Shown: positions 8,173-15,822 of the stretch, piece after piece
Layout: each line of letters begins with the position of its first letter
Numbering within the stretch: position 1 is the first letter of the stretch
DNA from: a bacterium
GTDB lineage: Bacteria; Patescibacteriota; Minisyncoccia; Phycocordibacterales; Phycocordibacteraceae
DNA: 43,460 nucleotides
Assembly: GCA_021817705.1 (NCBI GenBank)
Contig: JAKAGB010000001.1
Location: 1 to 43,460, forward strand
Reading direction: 5' to 3'
The notes under the pieces: model-generated
The model's input: only the letters and a program-made list of their open reading frames with translations
Database searches by the model: none
Told to the model about the DNA's origin: nothing
Program-made: the position numbers and the translations under genes

Positions 8173-8199
8173 CGCGCTCGTCCTCGGGGGACGAGCGCG
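8173..8199 (-). terminator. 11-bp hairpin followed by a U-rich tract, after the lipoprotein gene
   Basis: CGCGCTCGTCC...GGACGAGCGCG, then ATTCTTATTT on the minus strand. Confidence 0.6.
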
Positions 8200-8203
8200 T
8201 ACT

Positions 8204-8527
8204 TCAATGGCGGTGATGATGCCAGCCGAAACCGGGCACCCAGAGTCGTCCATTCAAGATGACAACAGTGGGCGCGGTTGGTGGTGCATACAGCATGGCG
8301 GTCGGCGCGATGGTGCGACCGTAACAATCGTACGAGAGGGGCGGCGCGACGCTATACACGTTCTGCCATTCCGTCTCGCCGTACACGCCGCACACTGCGC
8401 GCTTCCAAAGAAGCGCTTGCCCTTGCGGCGCGTAGTTGAATTGTTCGTACGCATGCAGTGCCGCAACTTCTGGCCCGCAGGCCGAAAGCAGAAGTGCTGC
8501 AAGCGCGGCAACCAAAAGCGTTTTCAT
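8204..8527 (-). CDS. small lipoprotein with C-terminal His-rich tail
   Basis: MKTLLVAALAALLLSAC lipobox, two further Cys, C-terminus GWHHHRH. AGGGAG lies 7 nt before the ATG. Confidence 0.6.
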   Translation of the reverse strand: MKTLLVAALAALLLSACGPEVAALHAYEQFNYAPQGQALLWKRAVCGVYGETEWQNVYSVAPPLSYDCYGRTIAPTAMLYAPPTAPTVVILNGRLWVPGFGWHHHRH

Positions 8528-8555
8528 TTTTGACTCCCTGCAGATATCCGTAAAA

Positions 8556-8585
8556 ATTATACTACACAACTCGCCATAAAGTCAA
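8556..8585 (-). promoter_or_regulatory. near-consensus sigma70-type promoter (TTGACT, 18-nt spacer, TATAAT) for the lipoprotein gene
   Basis: Minus strand reads TTGACT ttatggcgagttgtgtag TATAAT. Confidence 0.6.
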
Positions 8586-8589
8586 TAGC

Positions 8590-8615
8590 AAAAGAAAAAC
8601 GCTCCCGAAGGAGCG
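8590..8615 (-). terminator. intrinsic terminator after the 141-aa secreted protein gene
   Basis: Minus strand reads CGCTCC ttcg GGAGCG TTTTTCTTTT. Confidence 0.7.
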
Positions 8616-8625
8616 CGTAGACACT

Positions 8626-9051
8626 TTAGTGGCCGCGGCCGTGATGGTCTCCGCCGCCGGGGTGGAAACCGCCACCGCCGCGATGATCATCGCCATGGGG
8701 TCGTCCACCGTCGAAACGGTGGTCATCCCCACCGCGGTAACCGCGGTCGTAGTCGCGGTGATCATAATCGTGATGATCGTGGTCGCCGAAGATTCCCCGC
8801 AGAAAGAGGCCGAAGAAAGGATTCGGCGCGTAGCCGGGGCCGTAGTAGCATGGCCGATCCGCAAGCGGATGGTTGTACCACAGAACCTGATTCTGCCCAT
8901 TCACACACACGACCGCACGGTACGGATAGTAGTACGGGTCGTAGTTGTATGCGTAGCCATAGTCATACGGCGACGCATATTGCGCGCTCACTGGCGCGGC
9001 AAACGCAGAAAGAGCAAGAACGGCAGCTGCCGCAAGTAGGAGCTTTTTCAT
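8626..9051 (-). CDS. secreted Tyr-rich protein with long His/Asp/Gly-rich C-terminal tail
   Basis: Signal peptide MKKLLLAAAAVLALSAFAAPVSA. Two Cys. Tail DHDHHDYDHRDYDRGYRGGDDHR...GGGDHHGRGH. AAGGGAGG lies 5 nt before the ATG. Confidence 0.6.
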   Translation of the reverse strand: MKKLLLAAAAVLALSAFAAPVSAQYASPYDYGYAYNYDPYYYPYRAVVCVNGQNQVLWYNHPLADRPCYYGPGYAPNPFFGLFLRGIFGDHDHHDYDHRDYDRGYRGGDDHRFDGGRPHGDDHRGGGGFHPGGGDHHGRGH

Positions 9052-9132
9052 GGCATCCTCCCTTGTGTTTCCGTATCTAAGGGTACGCCTGATTTACGTG
9101 CGCGCAAGCGTGCCGTTCGCATAACGAACGAA

Positions 9133-9141
9133 TGGTAGAAT
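9133..9141 (+). promoter_or_regulatory. extended -10 TGGTAGAAT, 7 nt before the pilB ATG (leaderless-type)
   Basis: TGGTAGAAT gcgcat ATG. Confidence 0.55.
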
Positions 9142-9147
9142 GCGCAT

Positions 9148-10818
9148 ATGGATCTGCCATTCAGTACGAAAGAGAGTGAAGCGAAGCTCTCGCAGGTGCG
9201 CGAGCGCGAAGAAGAGGACCTCGCGCAGATACTCTCGCAGAAATACGGCATGCCCTATGCCGACCTTTCGCTCAAGGAGGTGAACAACGACGCCTTGCGC
9301 GTCGTTCCGGAAGAAGTGGCGCGTAAGGCGGACGCTGCGCCGTTCGACCGCGCCGCGCAAAAACTCTCGCTCGCGGTGCACAATCCGAACAACCCCGCAC
9401 TCGCCGCCCTGCGCGCCGACCTCAAGAGCCGCGGGTTCTCCGCCACTGAACATCTCGTATCGAAGAAAAGCCTCGAGCATGTGCTCGAGCACTACGCCGA
9501 TCTTACGGTCGCGGCGGAATCGAAAGCGGGCGTGTTCGTCGTTGCTCCCGCGGCGTTTTCCGCTGCAGAAAACGCTGGAGCCACCCGCGCCGCGCTAAAG
9601 AATGCGCTCGACGAGGCGAGCGGCATGAAAGCGCTCGACCGCGTCTCGCGCGTTCTCGAGCTCGTCTTCGCCGGCGCGCTCGCTTTGCGCGCTTCCGACA
9701 TCCACTTCGAGCCGGAAGAATCAGCTACGCGCCTCCGCCTCCGCCTCGATGGTCTCCTCACGGAAATCTACGACTTCGACCCGGAAACGTACCGCCTCCT
9801 CAATTCGCGTGTAAAGCTCGTTGCCGGTGTGAAGCTTAATATCACGAACCGCGCACAGGACGGCCGCTTCAGCCTTGCGCATGGCGATTCCGAAATAGAG
9901 ATTCGCGCCTCGTTCATCCCCGGCAACTACGGCGAGTCCATCGTGCTGCGTATCCTCGATCCGGAAGCGACCAAAGTGTCGTTCAAAGAACTCGGTATCC
10001 ACCCGAAACTCCTTACGCGTCTCGAAAAAGAGATCCGCCGCCCGAACGGCATGCTGCTCACCACGGGTCCAACCGGCTCCGGTAAGACCACCACGCTCTA
10101 CTCATTCTTGCGCGAAGTGCAGGCGCCCGAACTCAAAATCATCACGATCGAAGACCCGATCGAATACCATCTTGCGGGCATTGTGCAGACGCAGGTGGTG
10201 GAAGGAAAATACACCTTCGCCGACGGCCTCCGCTCCATCGTGCGCCAAGACCCGGATGTGATAATGGTGGGCGAAATCCGCGACGGCGACACGGCCTCTA
10301 TCGCCATCCAGGCCGCCTTGACTGGCCACTTCGTGTTCTCCACGCTCCACACGAACGACGCTGCGGGCACCTTCCCCCGCCTCGCCGACCTCGGTGCCGA
10401 CCCGAAGTCCTTCGGCTCCGCCATCACCGTCTCCATGGCACAACGCCTTGTGCGCAAACTCGACCAAGAAACCAAGAAAGAGCGCCCGCTCACTGAGGAA
10501 GAAAAGGCAATGATTCAGAAAGTCTTTGAACCGCTCTCCGACAAATCGCTCATCCCTGAAAAAATCGAAACCGTGTGGGAAGCGAGCCCTGTAGGCGAAG
10601 GCGACACCGGCTACCACGGCCGCATCGGTCTCTACGAAGCCATCTTCATGGACGATGAGCTCGCGACCTTCTTGCGCGACAATCCTCCCTCGAATGAGAT
10701 TGCGAAGCTCGCCGCGAAGCAGGGCTACCTCACCATGGCACAAGACGGCATTCTCAAAGCTCTTGCCGGCATCACCTCCCTTTCCGAAGTCGCCTCGACC
10801 GTCGACCTACCGCAATAA
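9148..10818 (+). CDS. pilB: type IV pilus assembly ATPase (GspE/PilB family)
   Basis: GspII_E N-terminal-like region, GPTGSGKTTTLYS Walker A, IITIEDPIEY, VGEIRD, GHFVFSTLHTNDA. Confidence 0.93.
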   Translation: MDLPFSTKESEAKLSQVREREEEDLAQILSQKYGMPYADLSLKEVNNDALRVVPEEVARKADAAPFDRAAQKLSLAVHNPNNPALAALRADLKSRGFSATEHLVSKKSLEHVLEHYADLTVAAESKAGVFVVAPAAFSAAENAGATRAALKNALDEASGMKALDRVSRVLELVFAGALALRASDIHFEPEESATRLRLRLDGLLTEIYDFDPETYRLLNSRVKLVAGVKLNITNRAQDGRFSLAHGDSEIEIRASFIPGNYGESIVLRILDPEATKVSFKELGIHPKLLTRLEKEIRRPNGMLLTTGPTGSGKTTTLYSFLREVQAPELKIITIEDPIEYHLAGIVQTQVVEGKYTFADGLRSIVRQDPDVIMVGEIRDGDTASIAIQAALTGHFVFSTLHTNDAAGTFPRLADLGADPKSFGSAITVSMAQRLVRKLDQETKKERPLTEEEKAMIQKVFEPLSDKSLIPEKIETVWEASPVGEGDTGYHGRIGLYEAIFMDDELATFLRDNPPSNEIAKLAAKQGYLTMAQDGILKALAGITSLSEVASTVDLPQ

Positions 10819-10822
10819 AAAT

Positions 10823-10841
10823 ACCCCGCGCGGTGCGGGGT
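10823..10841. terminator. bidirectional hairpin terminator (ACCCCGC gcggt GCGGGGT)
   Basis: Lies between the convergent pilB and 77-aa gene. A U-run follows on the minus strand. Confidence 0.6.
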
Positions 10842-10846
10842 TGTGT

Positions 10847-11080
10847 TCAATCAAGTTCGAAACTTGGGTCGTATGTTTCTTCGGTCAGGCCGCGCACGTC
10901 CTTGTAGTCGATCGTGGTAATCAGCCTAGTTGTACCGTGCTGATCGCGATGCTTCAGTCTGAATCCATCGTCTCCGGCCTCATACACCCTTCCTTTTATG
11001 GCAGGGGCGTCGCGACGTTCGACCGTTATCTGGGTATCCAGACCGACGAGTTCTTTGATGCACCTTATATAAGCATTCAT
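10847..11080 (-). CDS. small hypothetical protein (77 aa; beta-rich, possibly Sm-like fold)
   Basis: AAGGAGG lies 5 nt before ATG 11080. Uses AGG/AGA Arg codons and has lower G+C than the flanking genes. Confidence 0.55.
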   Translation of the reverse strand: MNAYIRCIKELVGLDTQITVERRDAPAIKGRVYEAGDDGFRLKHRDQHGTTRLITTIDYKDVRGLTEETYDPSFELD

Positions 11081-11334
11081 CGCGTCCTCCTTATAAAGAG
11101 CTTCCAATCCCGCTCACGCTCCCCTGGGCAATATCCTGCAAAATCGCAGGGTGGACAAAACACCTGAGGATGTCCCCAGTACGCCGCACCGAAATGCGGG
11201 ACCAGAGAGTCCTTGGGGTAGAGCCCGAAGCCGTCAAGCCTTGCCTCGGGGAGCGTGCGCACGATTTCCGAACCGTTCTGAAGCTGGTATAATCCTAGCA
11301 CACCCCGATTTTTTATGTCAAGTGCCCCTGACAC
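11077..11334 (-). CDS. possible small ORF (up to 85 aa, GTG start); alternatively a long 5' leader of the 77-aa gene
   Basis: Stop overlaps the next ATG (ATGA). Contains no ATG codon. The GTG at 11334 would overlap the ruvB start. The first half has GC-rich third positions and there is a CPPCDFAGYC motif. Confidence 0.25.
   Translation of the reverse strand: MSGALDIKNRGVLGLYQLQNGSEIVRTLPEARLDGFGLYPKDSLVPHFGAAYWGHPQVFCPPCDFAGYCPGERERDWKLFIRRTR
11285..11293 (+). promoter_or_regulatory. consensus extended -10 TGGTATAAT for ruvB (22 nt before the ATG)
   Basis: Read directly. Confidence 0.55.
11292..11300 (-). promoter_or_regulatory. extended -10 TGCTAGGAT on the minus strand, overlapping the ruvB -10 back to back
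   Basis: The reverse complement of ATCCTAGCA. It would drive the 10847..11334 cassette. Confidence 0.4.
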
Positions 11335-12292
11335 CCTATCCGGAGACGGTCAACTACAGGACGCGGCGCTGCGCCCGACCGAGTGGGACGAGTATGTGGG
11401 ACAAGCACAGGTGAAAGCGAACGTACGCGTGGCGATAGACGCGGCAAAGAAGCGCGGCGGTATGCCCGAACACCTCCTTTTTTATGGCCCGCCGGGCGTC
11501 GGCAAGACCACGCTTGCGTACCTGGTAGCGAGCACGCTCGGCGCAAACCTTAAGAGCACTTCCGGCGTTGCTATTGAGCGCGCGGCCGACCTCGCCGCTA
11601 TCCTCACGAACCTCGAACCGGGAACGGTGCTTTTCATCGACGAAATCCACCGCCTCTCGCGCAAGATCGAAGAGCTCCTCTACCCTGCCCTCGAGAGCGG
11701 GCACCTCGACATCGTGCTCGGTAAGGGCCCATCCGCGCGCACGGTCGAGCTCGCATTGCCTGCATTCACGTTGGTGGGTGCGACGACGCGCATGGCGGAA
11801 CTTTCTGGCCCGTTACGCTCGCGCTTCGGTGGTGGTACCTTCCAGCTCGATTTTTACAGCGACCGCGACTTGCGCGACATCATCCGCCGTTCGGCTTCGA
11901 GGCTCGGCGTCGACGCGACCGATGACGCCATCGAGAACATCGCTGCGAAAAGCCGTGCAACGCCGCGCGTCGCGAACTCGCTCTTGAAGCGCGTGCGCGA
12001 TTACTCGCTCGTCCACGAGAAGCCCGTGGACGCCGCGCTCTGCGACGAAGCGTGCATTCTCTTCGGCATTGACGCTCACGGGCTCACCAAAGACGACCGT
12101 CGCTATCTTGAAACGCTGCGCGAAGGCTTCCGCGGCGGCCCGGCCGGCATCCGCGCTCTTGCGAGCGCGATGCATGAAGAGCCCGACACGGTGGAGCACG
12201 TTTACGAGCCGTACCTCTTGCGCCTCGGGTTCATCGAGCGCTCCCCCCGCGGCCGCATCCTCACCTCGAAAGGCCGCGAATATTTGGGATAG
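11315..12292 (+). CDS. ruvB: Holliday junction DNA helicase RuvB
   Basis: LRPTEWDEYVGQ, LFYGPPGVGKTTLA, LFIDEIHRL, ATTR...L..PLRSRFG, winged-helix C-terminal region. Confidence 0.97.
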   Translation: MSSAPDTLSGDGQLQDAALRPTEWDEYVGQAQVKANVRVAIDAAKKRGGMPEHLLFYGPPGVGKTTLAYLVASTLGANLKSTSGVAIERAADLAAILTNLEPGTVLFIDEIHRLSRKIEELLYPALESGHLDIVLGKGPSARTVELALPAFTLVGATTRMAELSGPLRSRFGGGTFQLDFYSDRDLRDIIRRSASRLGVDATDDAIENIAAKSRATPRVANSLLKRVRDYSLVHEKPVDAALCDEACILFGIDAHGLTKDDRRYLETLREGFRGGPAGIRALASAMHEEPDTVEHVYEPYLLRLGFIERSPRGRILTSKGREYLG

Positions 12293-12309
12293 TGTCGGGC
12301 TTCTGTTTT

Positions 12310-12318
12310 TGGTACGCT
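12310..12318 (+). promoter_or_regulatory. extended -10-like TGGTACGCT, 8 nt before the yebC ATG
   Basis: TGGTACGCT cttacgt ATG. Confidence 0.45.
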
Positions 12319-12325
12319 CTTACGT

Positions 12326-12883
12326 ATGGCAGGACACAGTAAATGGGCGCAGATAAAACGGCAGAAGGCGGTGACGGATGCGGCGAAGAGCCGCGCATTC
12401 TCGCGCTTTGCGCGGCTCATCGCACTCGAATCGAAAGCATCGGGTGGCAATGTGAACTCCCCTTCCTTGAAGGCGGTTATCGACCGTGCGAAGGCCGCGA
12501 ATATGCCCAAAGACAACATCGAGCGCGCGGTGGCAAAAGGCATGAGCAAAGACGCGGGCGACATGGAGCGCGTGGTGTACGAAGCATATGGCCCCGGCGG
12601 CACCGCTATCGTGGTAGACGCGCTTACCGACAGCCGCAATCGTACGACGCAGGAGGTAAAGCTTATCTTTACCAAGAACGATATCGAGCTTGCGGCACCC
12701 GGTGCTGCCGCTTGGGCGTTTACGAAAAATCCAGAAGGCGGCTACGCACCGAATGAGCCGTTGGTGGAACTTTCTGACGAAGATGGCGAGCGGCTCGGGA
12801 AACTCCTCGACGCGCTCGATGAGCACGACGATGTGCAAGCGGTCTATACGAACGCTTCCGGATATGAAAGTACTGGGGATTGA
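12326..12883 (+). CDS. yebC: YebC/PmpR family DNA-binding regulator (short, 185 aa)
   Basis: MAGHSKWAQIKRQK, ...AKAANMPKDNIERA..., YEAYGPGGTAIVV, DDVQAVYTN. Confidence 0.9.
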   Translation: MAGHSKWAQIKRQKAVTDAAKSRAFSRFARLIALESKASGGNVNSPSLKAVIDRAKAANMPKDNIERAVAKGMSKDAGDMERVVYEAYGPGGTAIVVDALTDSRNRTTQEVKLIFTKNDIELAAPGAAAWAFTKNPEGGYAPNEPLVELSDEDGERLGKLLDALDEHDDVQAVYTNASGYESTGD

Positions 12884-13346
12884 CCCGGGCTTCGATAGGC
12901 TCGGTATCGCCGTGGTAGAAGGCGACCCATCGAAACCGCGCCTCGTGTGGAGCACATGCGTGGAACCGGAAAAGGGCGACGCACACGCGCGCCTGGCGCG
13001 CGTGCATGCGGAAATCACGCACGCCATCGAAAGATTCATACCAGACATCGTCGCGCTCGAAACGCTCTTCTTCAGCACGAACAAGAAGACGGCGCTTCGG
13101 GTCGCCGAGGCGCGTGGCGCTATACTCGCCGCGATCGGCGCACATGGAGCGCGGGTCGCCGAATATTCTCCGGCAGCGGTAAAGATAGCGGTCACGGGCG
13201 ACGGACGCGCCGATAAGGCCGCGATCGCGCGCATGGTTCCGAAACTGGTCGCGCTGGCGCCCGGGAAACACCGGGATGATGAGCTCGATGCGATTGCGGT
13301 GGCCGTGTGCGGCCTCGCGAATGGGAAAATCCCCAACTGTTCCTAG
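12864..13346 (+). CDS. ruvC: crossover junction endodeoxyribonuclease RuvC
   Basis: MKVLGIDPGFDRLGIAVV, VALETLFF, GDGRADK, DELDAIAVAV. Overlaps the yebC 3' end by 20 nt. Confidence 0.92.
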   Translation: MKVLGIDPGFDRLGIAVVEGDPSKPRLVWSTCVEPEKGDAHARLARVHAEITHAIERFIPDIVALETLFFSTNKKTALRVAEARGAILAAIGAHGARVAEYSPAAVKIAVTGDGRADKAAIARMVPKLVALAPGKHRDDELDAIAVAVCGLANGKIPNCS

Positions 13347-13435
13347 CGCGGACTTGCACAGACTATATTTTTTGATTAAGTAGAGTGCACCGCGGCTCTT
13401 TAACCGCCCCGGTATCGGCTATCCATTCATACTGT

Positions 13436-13600
13436 ATGTTCTCTGACGAACAAGACGAATTTGAGAAGAGCGAGACAGAACCCACCGAGAACGATCTTAA
13501 AGACCCTAAAGAAGAGGACGATGAGGATCCGTACGATGATGAATCCGAGCTCGATGACGAGGAGCCGAATGACGACGAAGATCCGTACGATATGATGTAA
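13436..13600 (+). CDS. possible highly acidic mini-protein (54 aa, about half Asp/Glu)
   Basis: First ATG of ORF 13385..13600. Repeated EDPYD motif. No SD and no adjacent -10. Followed by a strong hairpin. Confidence 0.3.
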   Translation: MFSDEQDEFEKSETEPTENDLKDPKEEDDEDPYDDESELDDEEPNDDEDPYDMM

Positions 13601-13608
13601 AAGGGACA

Positions 13609-13641
13609 GGAGGCGCGGCGGCCTAAGGCCGCCGCGCTTCC
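13609..13641 (+). terminator. 15-bp GC-rich hairpin (no clear U-tract)
   Basis: GGAGGCGCGGCGGCC taa GGCCGCCGCGCTTCC. Confidence 0.5.
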
Positions 13642-13650
13642 TGCTACCCG

Positions 13651-13659
13651 TGCTACCAT
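13651..13659 (+). promoter_or_regulatory. extended -10-like TGCTACCAT, 7 nt before the PBP ATG
   Basis: TGCTACCAT tccccc ATG. Confidence 0.5.
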
Positions 13660-13665
13660 TCCCCC

Positions 13666-15822
13666 ATGCACTTGAAGCCCAGGGCGCGTCATTATCTTCT
13701 TCTCGGTATCCTCACGGTCAGCGGCATCGGATTCCTCGGAGCCGGCGCGCTTCTTCTCATCATCGCTGGTACGCCGACGCCGGACATTACCTCGTTCGCC
13801 AACCGCCAAGTCGCGCAGTCGACCAAGATTTACGACCGTACCGGCCAGGTGCTCCTCTATGACTACAATCGTGACGCGAAGCGAGATATCGTCCCGCTCT
13901 CCGACATCTCCCCTAATGCGGTCGAAGCGACTATCGCGATAGAAGACTCGAGCTTCTATGAGCATGGCGGTATCCGCATCGCCTCTATCATCCGCGCAGC
14001 GCTCGCCGACCTCATCCCGGGCGGTAACACCCAGGGCGGTTCGACCATCACGCAGCAAGTGGTCAAGAACGAGATTCTCACGAATACGCGCAGTATCTCG
14101 CGCAAGGTGCGCGAGTGGGTGCTCGCCATAAAGATGGAGCAGGTTTATTCGAAAGACCAGATTCTCGAGACGTACCTGAACGACATCCCGTATGGCGGCA
14201 CGCTCTACGGTATCGAGGCGGCATCGGAAACTTACTTCGGCATACCTGCGAAAGACCTCGACCTCGCACAGTCGGCCTACCTCGCGGCCATGGTGCAGGC
14301 GCCCTCGTACTACTCGCCGTACGGCGCGAATCGTGCAGCACTCGATGCACGTGAACAGCTTGTGCTCGACCGCATGCACACGCTCGGTTTCATTTCTGAT
14401 GCCGACTACGCGAGTGTGAAGACCGAGCAGGTCGCCTTCGCGCCGAACGGTCGCACCACGACCATCATCGCGCCGCACTTCGTCTTCTACATCCTCAACC
14501 AGCTCGAAGAGCAGTACGGACAGAACGCGCTCGTTTCCGGTCTGAAGGTGACGACGACCCTCGATGCTGACCTGCAGACGCATGCGGAAAGCATCATCAA
14601 GGACGCCGCACCGACCTTGCTCAAGAACGACAACGCAAGCAATGAAGCGATGGTCGCGATACAACCCTCAACCGGCGAGATCCTTGCGATGGTCGGTTCG
14701 AGCGATTTCTTCTCGACTACCACGGATGGCCAATACAATGCGGCGCTCGCCTTGCGCCAGCCTGGCTCGACCATGAAGCCGTTCATCTATTCGCTCGCCT
14801 TGGAGAAAGGCTATACGCGCGACACGGTCGTCTTCGACACGCCGACACAGTTCTCGACGGCATGCGCGCCGTCCGACATCACGAGCACGACACCGCCCTG
14901 CTACGCCCCACAGAACTACGATGATAAGTTCCGTGGCCCGATGACCTTCGAGACGGCGCTCGCGCAGTCCATAAACGTTCCTGCTATCAAAGTACTCTAT
15001 CTGGTCGGTATACAGAACGCTATCAACCTTGCAGAGAACATGGGACTTTCATCGCTTGGTGATGCGAACCAGTACGGGCTCACGTTGGTGCTCGGTGGTG
15101 GCGAAGTACGTCTTTTGGACCTTACGGGCGCGTATGCCGCGTTCGCGGATGGCGGTGTGAAGAATACGCCGACCGGCATCTTGGAAGTCGATGACGCGCA
15201 AGGGAACGTGCTTGAAAAATACACGCCGAACCCGACTCAGGTGTTGCCGCAGAATATCGCGAACGATATGAATGCGATGCTTTCCGACAATCCTGCCCGC
15301 GTACCGGAATACACGCTCGATTCCCCGCTCCACTTCCCCGGCTATGATGTGGCAGTAAAGACCGGTACCACCGATGATACGCGCGACGCGTGGGTCATCG
15401 GCTACACACCATCCATCACGATCGGCACCTGGGCTGGGAACAACGACAATACGCCGATGGTGAAGAGTATCGCCGGTATGATCCTTGCGCCGTCGTGGCA
15501 CGATATCATGGCGTACGCGCTCACGAAATATCCGAAGACTTATTTCGGCCAAGCGGACCCTATTTCCACTTCTGTACCGCCTATGCTGCAAGGTAAATGG
15601 CAGGTTCCTGACGCTTCGGGCGTGATTGCCCCGCACAGCCTTCTCTACTGGACGAACAAGAACGATCCGCAAGGCCCACAACCGCAGAATCCCTCACAGG
15701 ACCCGCAATTCAATTACTGGGAATACGGTATCGCTTATTGGTACGCACAGCATCCGGAACTGTTCTCGGGCGGCGTACAGCTTCCCGTGCCGCTTTCAGC
15801 CGCATCTTCTACAGCTTACTGA
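13666..15822 (+). CDS. class A penicillin-binding protein (GT51 glycosyltransferase plus transpeptidase)
   Basis: N-terminal TM helix, EDSSFYEHGGI, GGSTITQQVVKN, RKVRE (GT51 motifs), STMKP, KTGTT. Confidence 0.93.
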   Translation: MHLKPRARHYLLLGILTVSGIGFLGAGALLLIIAGTPTPDITSFANRQVAQSTKIYDRTGQVLLYDYNRDAKRDIVPLSDISPNAVEATIAIEDSSFYEHGGIRIASIIRAALADLIPGGNTQGGSTITQQVVKNEILTNTRSISRKVREWVLAIKMEQVYSKDQILETYLNDIPYGGTLYGIEAASETYFGIPAKDLDLAQSAYLAAMVQAPSYYSPYGANRAALDAREQLVLDRMHTLGFISDADYASVKTEQVAFAPNGRTTTIIAPHFVFYILNQLEEQYGQNALVSGLKVTTTLDADLQTHAESIIKDAAPTLLKNDNASNEAMVAIQPSTGEILAMVGSSDFFSTTTDGQYNAALALRQPGSTMKPFIYSLALEKGYTRDTVVFDTPTQFSTACAPSDITSTTPPCYAPQNYDDKFRGPMTFETALAQSINVPAIKVLYLVGIQNAINLAENMGLSSLGDANQYGLTLVLGGGEVRLLDLTGAYAAFADGGVKNTPTGILEVDDAQGNVLEKYTPNPTQVLPQNIANDMNAMLSDNPARVPEYTLDSPLHFPGYDVAVKTGTTDDTRDAWVIGYTPSITIGTWAGNNDNTPMVKSIAGMILAPSWHDIMAYALTKYPKTYFGQADPISTSVPPMLQGKWQVPDASGVIAPHSLLYWTNKNDPQGPQPQNPSQDPQFNYWEYGIAYWYAQHPELFSGGVQLPVPLSAASSTAY

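Noticed and set aside
8629-9039. 136-aa plus-strand ORF opposite the His-rich secreted protein gene
   Set aside because: It has no signal, promoter or SD context. The minus frame has a signal peptide, a strong SD and a downstream intrinsic terminator. The repetitive GAT/CAC codons create the open antisense frame.
11081-11285. Assigning the putative leader of the 77-aa gene to a known riboswitch class
   Set aside because: I compared it by eye with the conserved cores I remember for TPP, SAM-I, cobalamin, glycine, c-di-GMP-I, ZTP, fluoride, guanidine-I and preQ1, and none fits. This needs a covariance-model scan. It is left as an open alternative in the findings.
13363-14664. 433-aa minus-strand ORF
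   Set aside because: It is antisense to the class A PBP gene, whose GT51 motifs read cleanly. It is Arg/Asp/Val-rich with a poly-Ser run that mirrors the acidic mini-ORF region. It has no start context.
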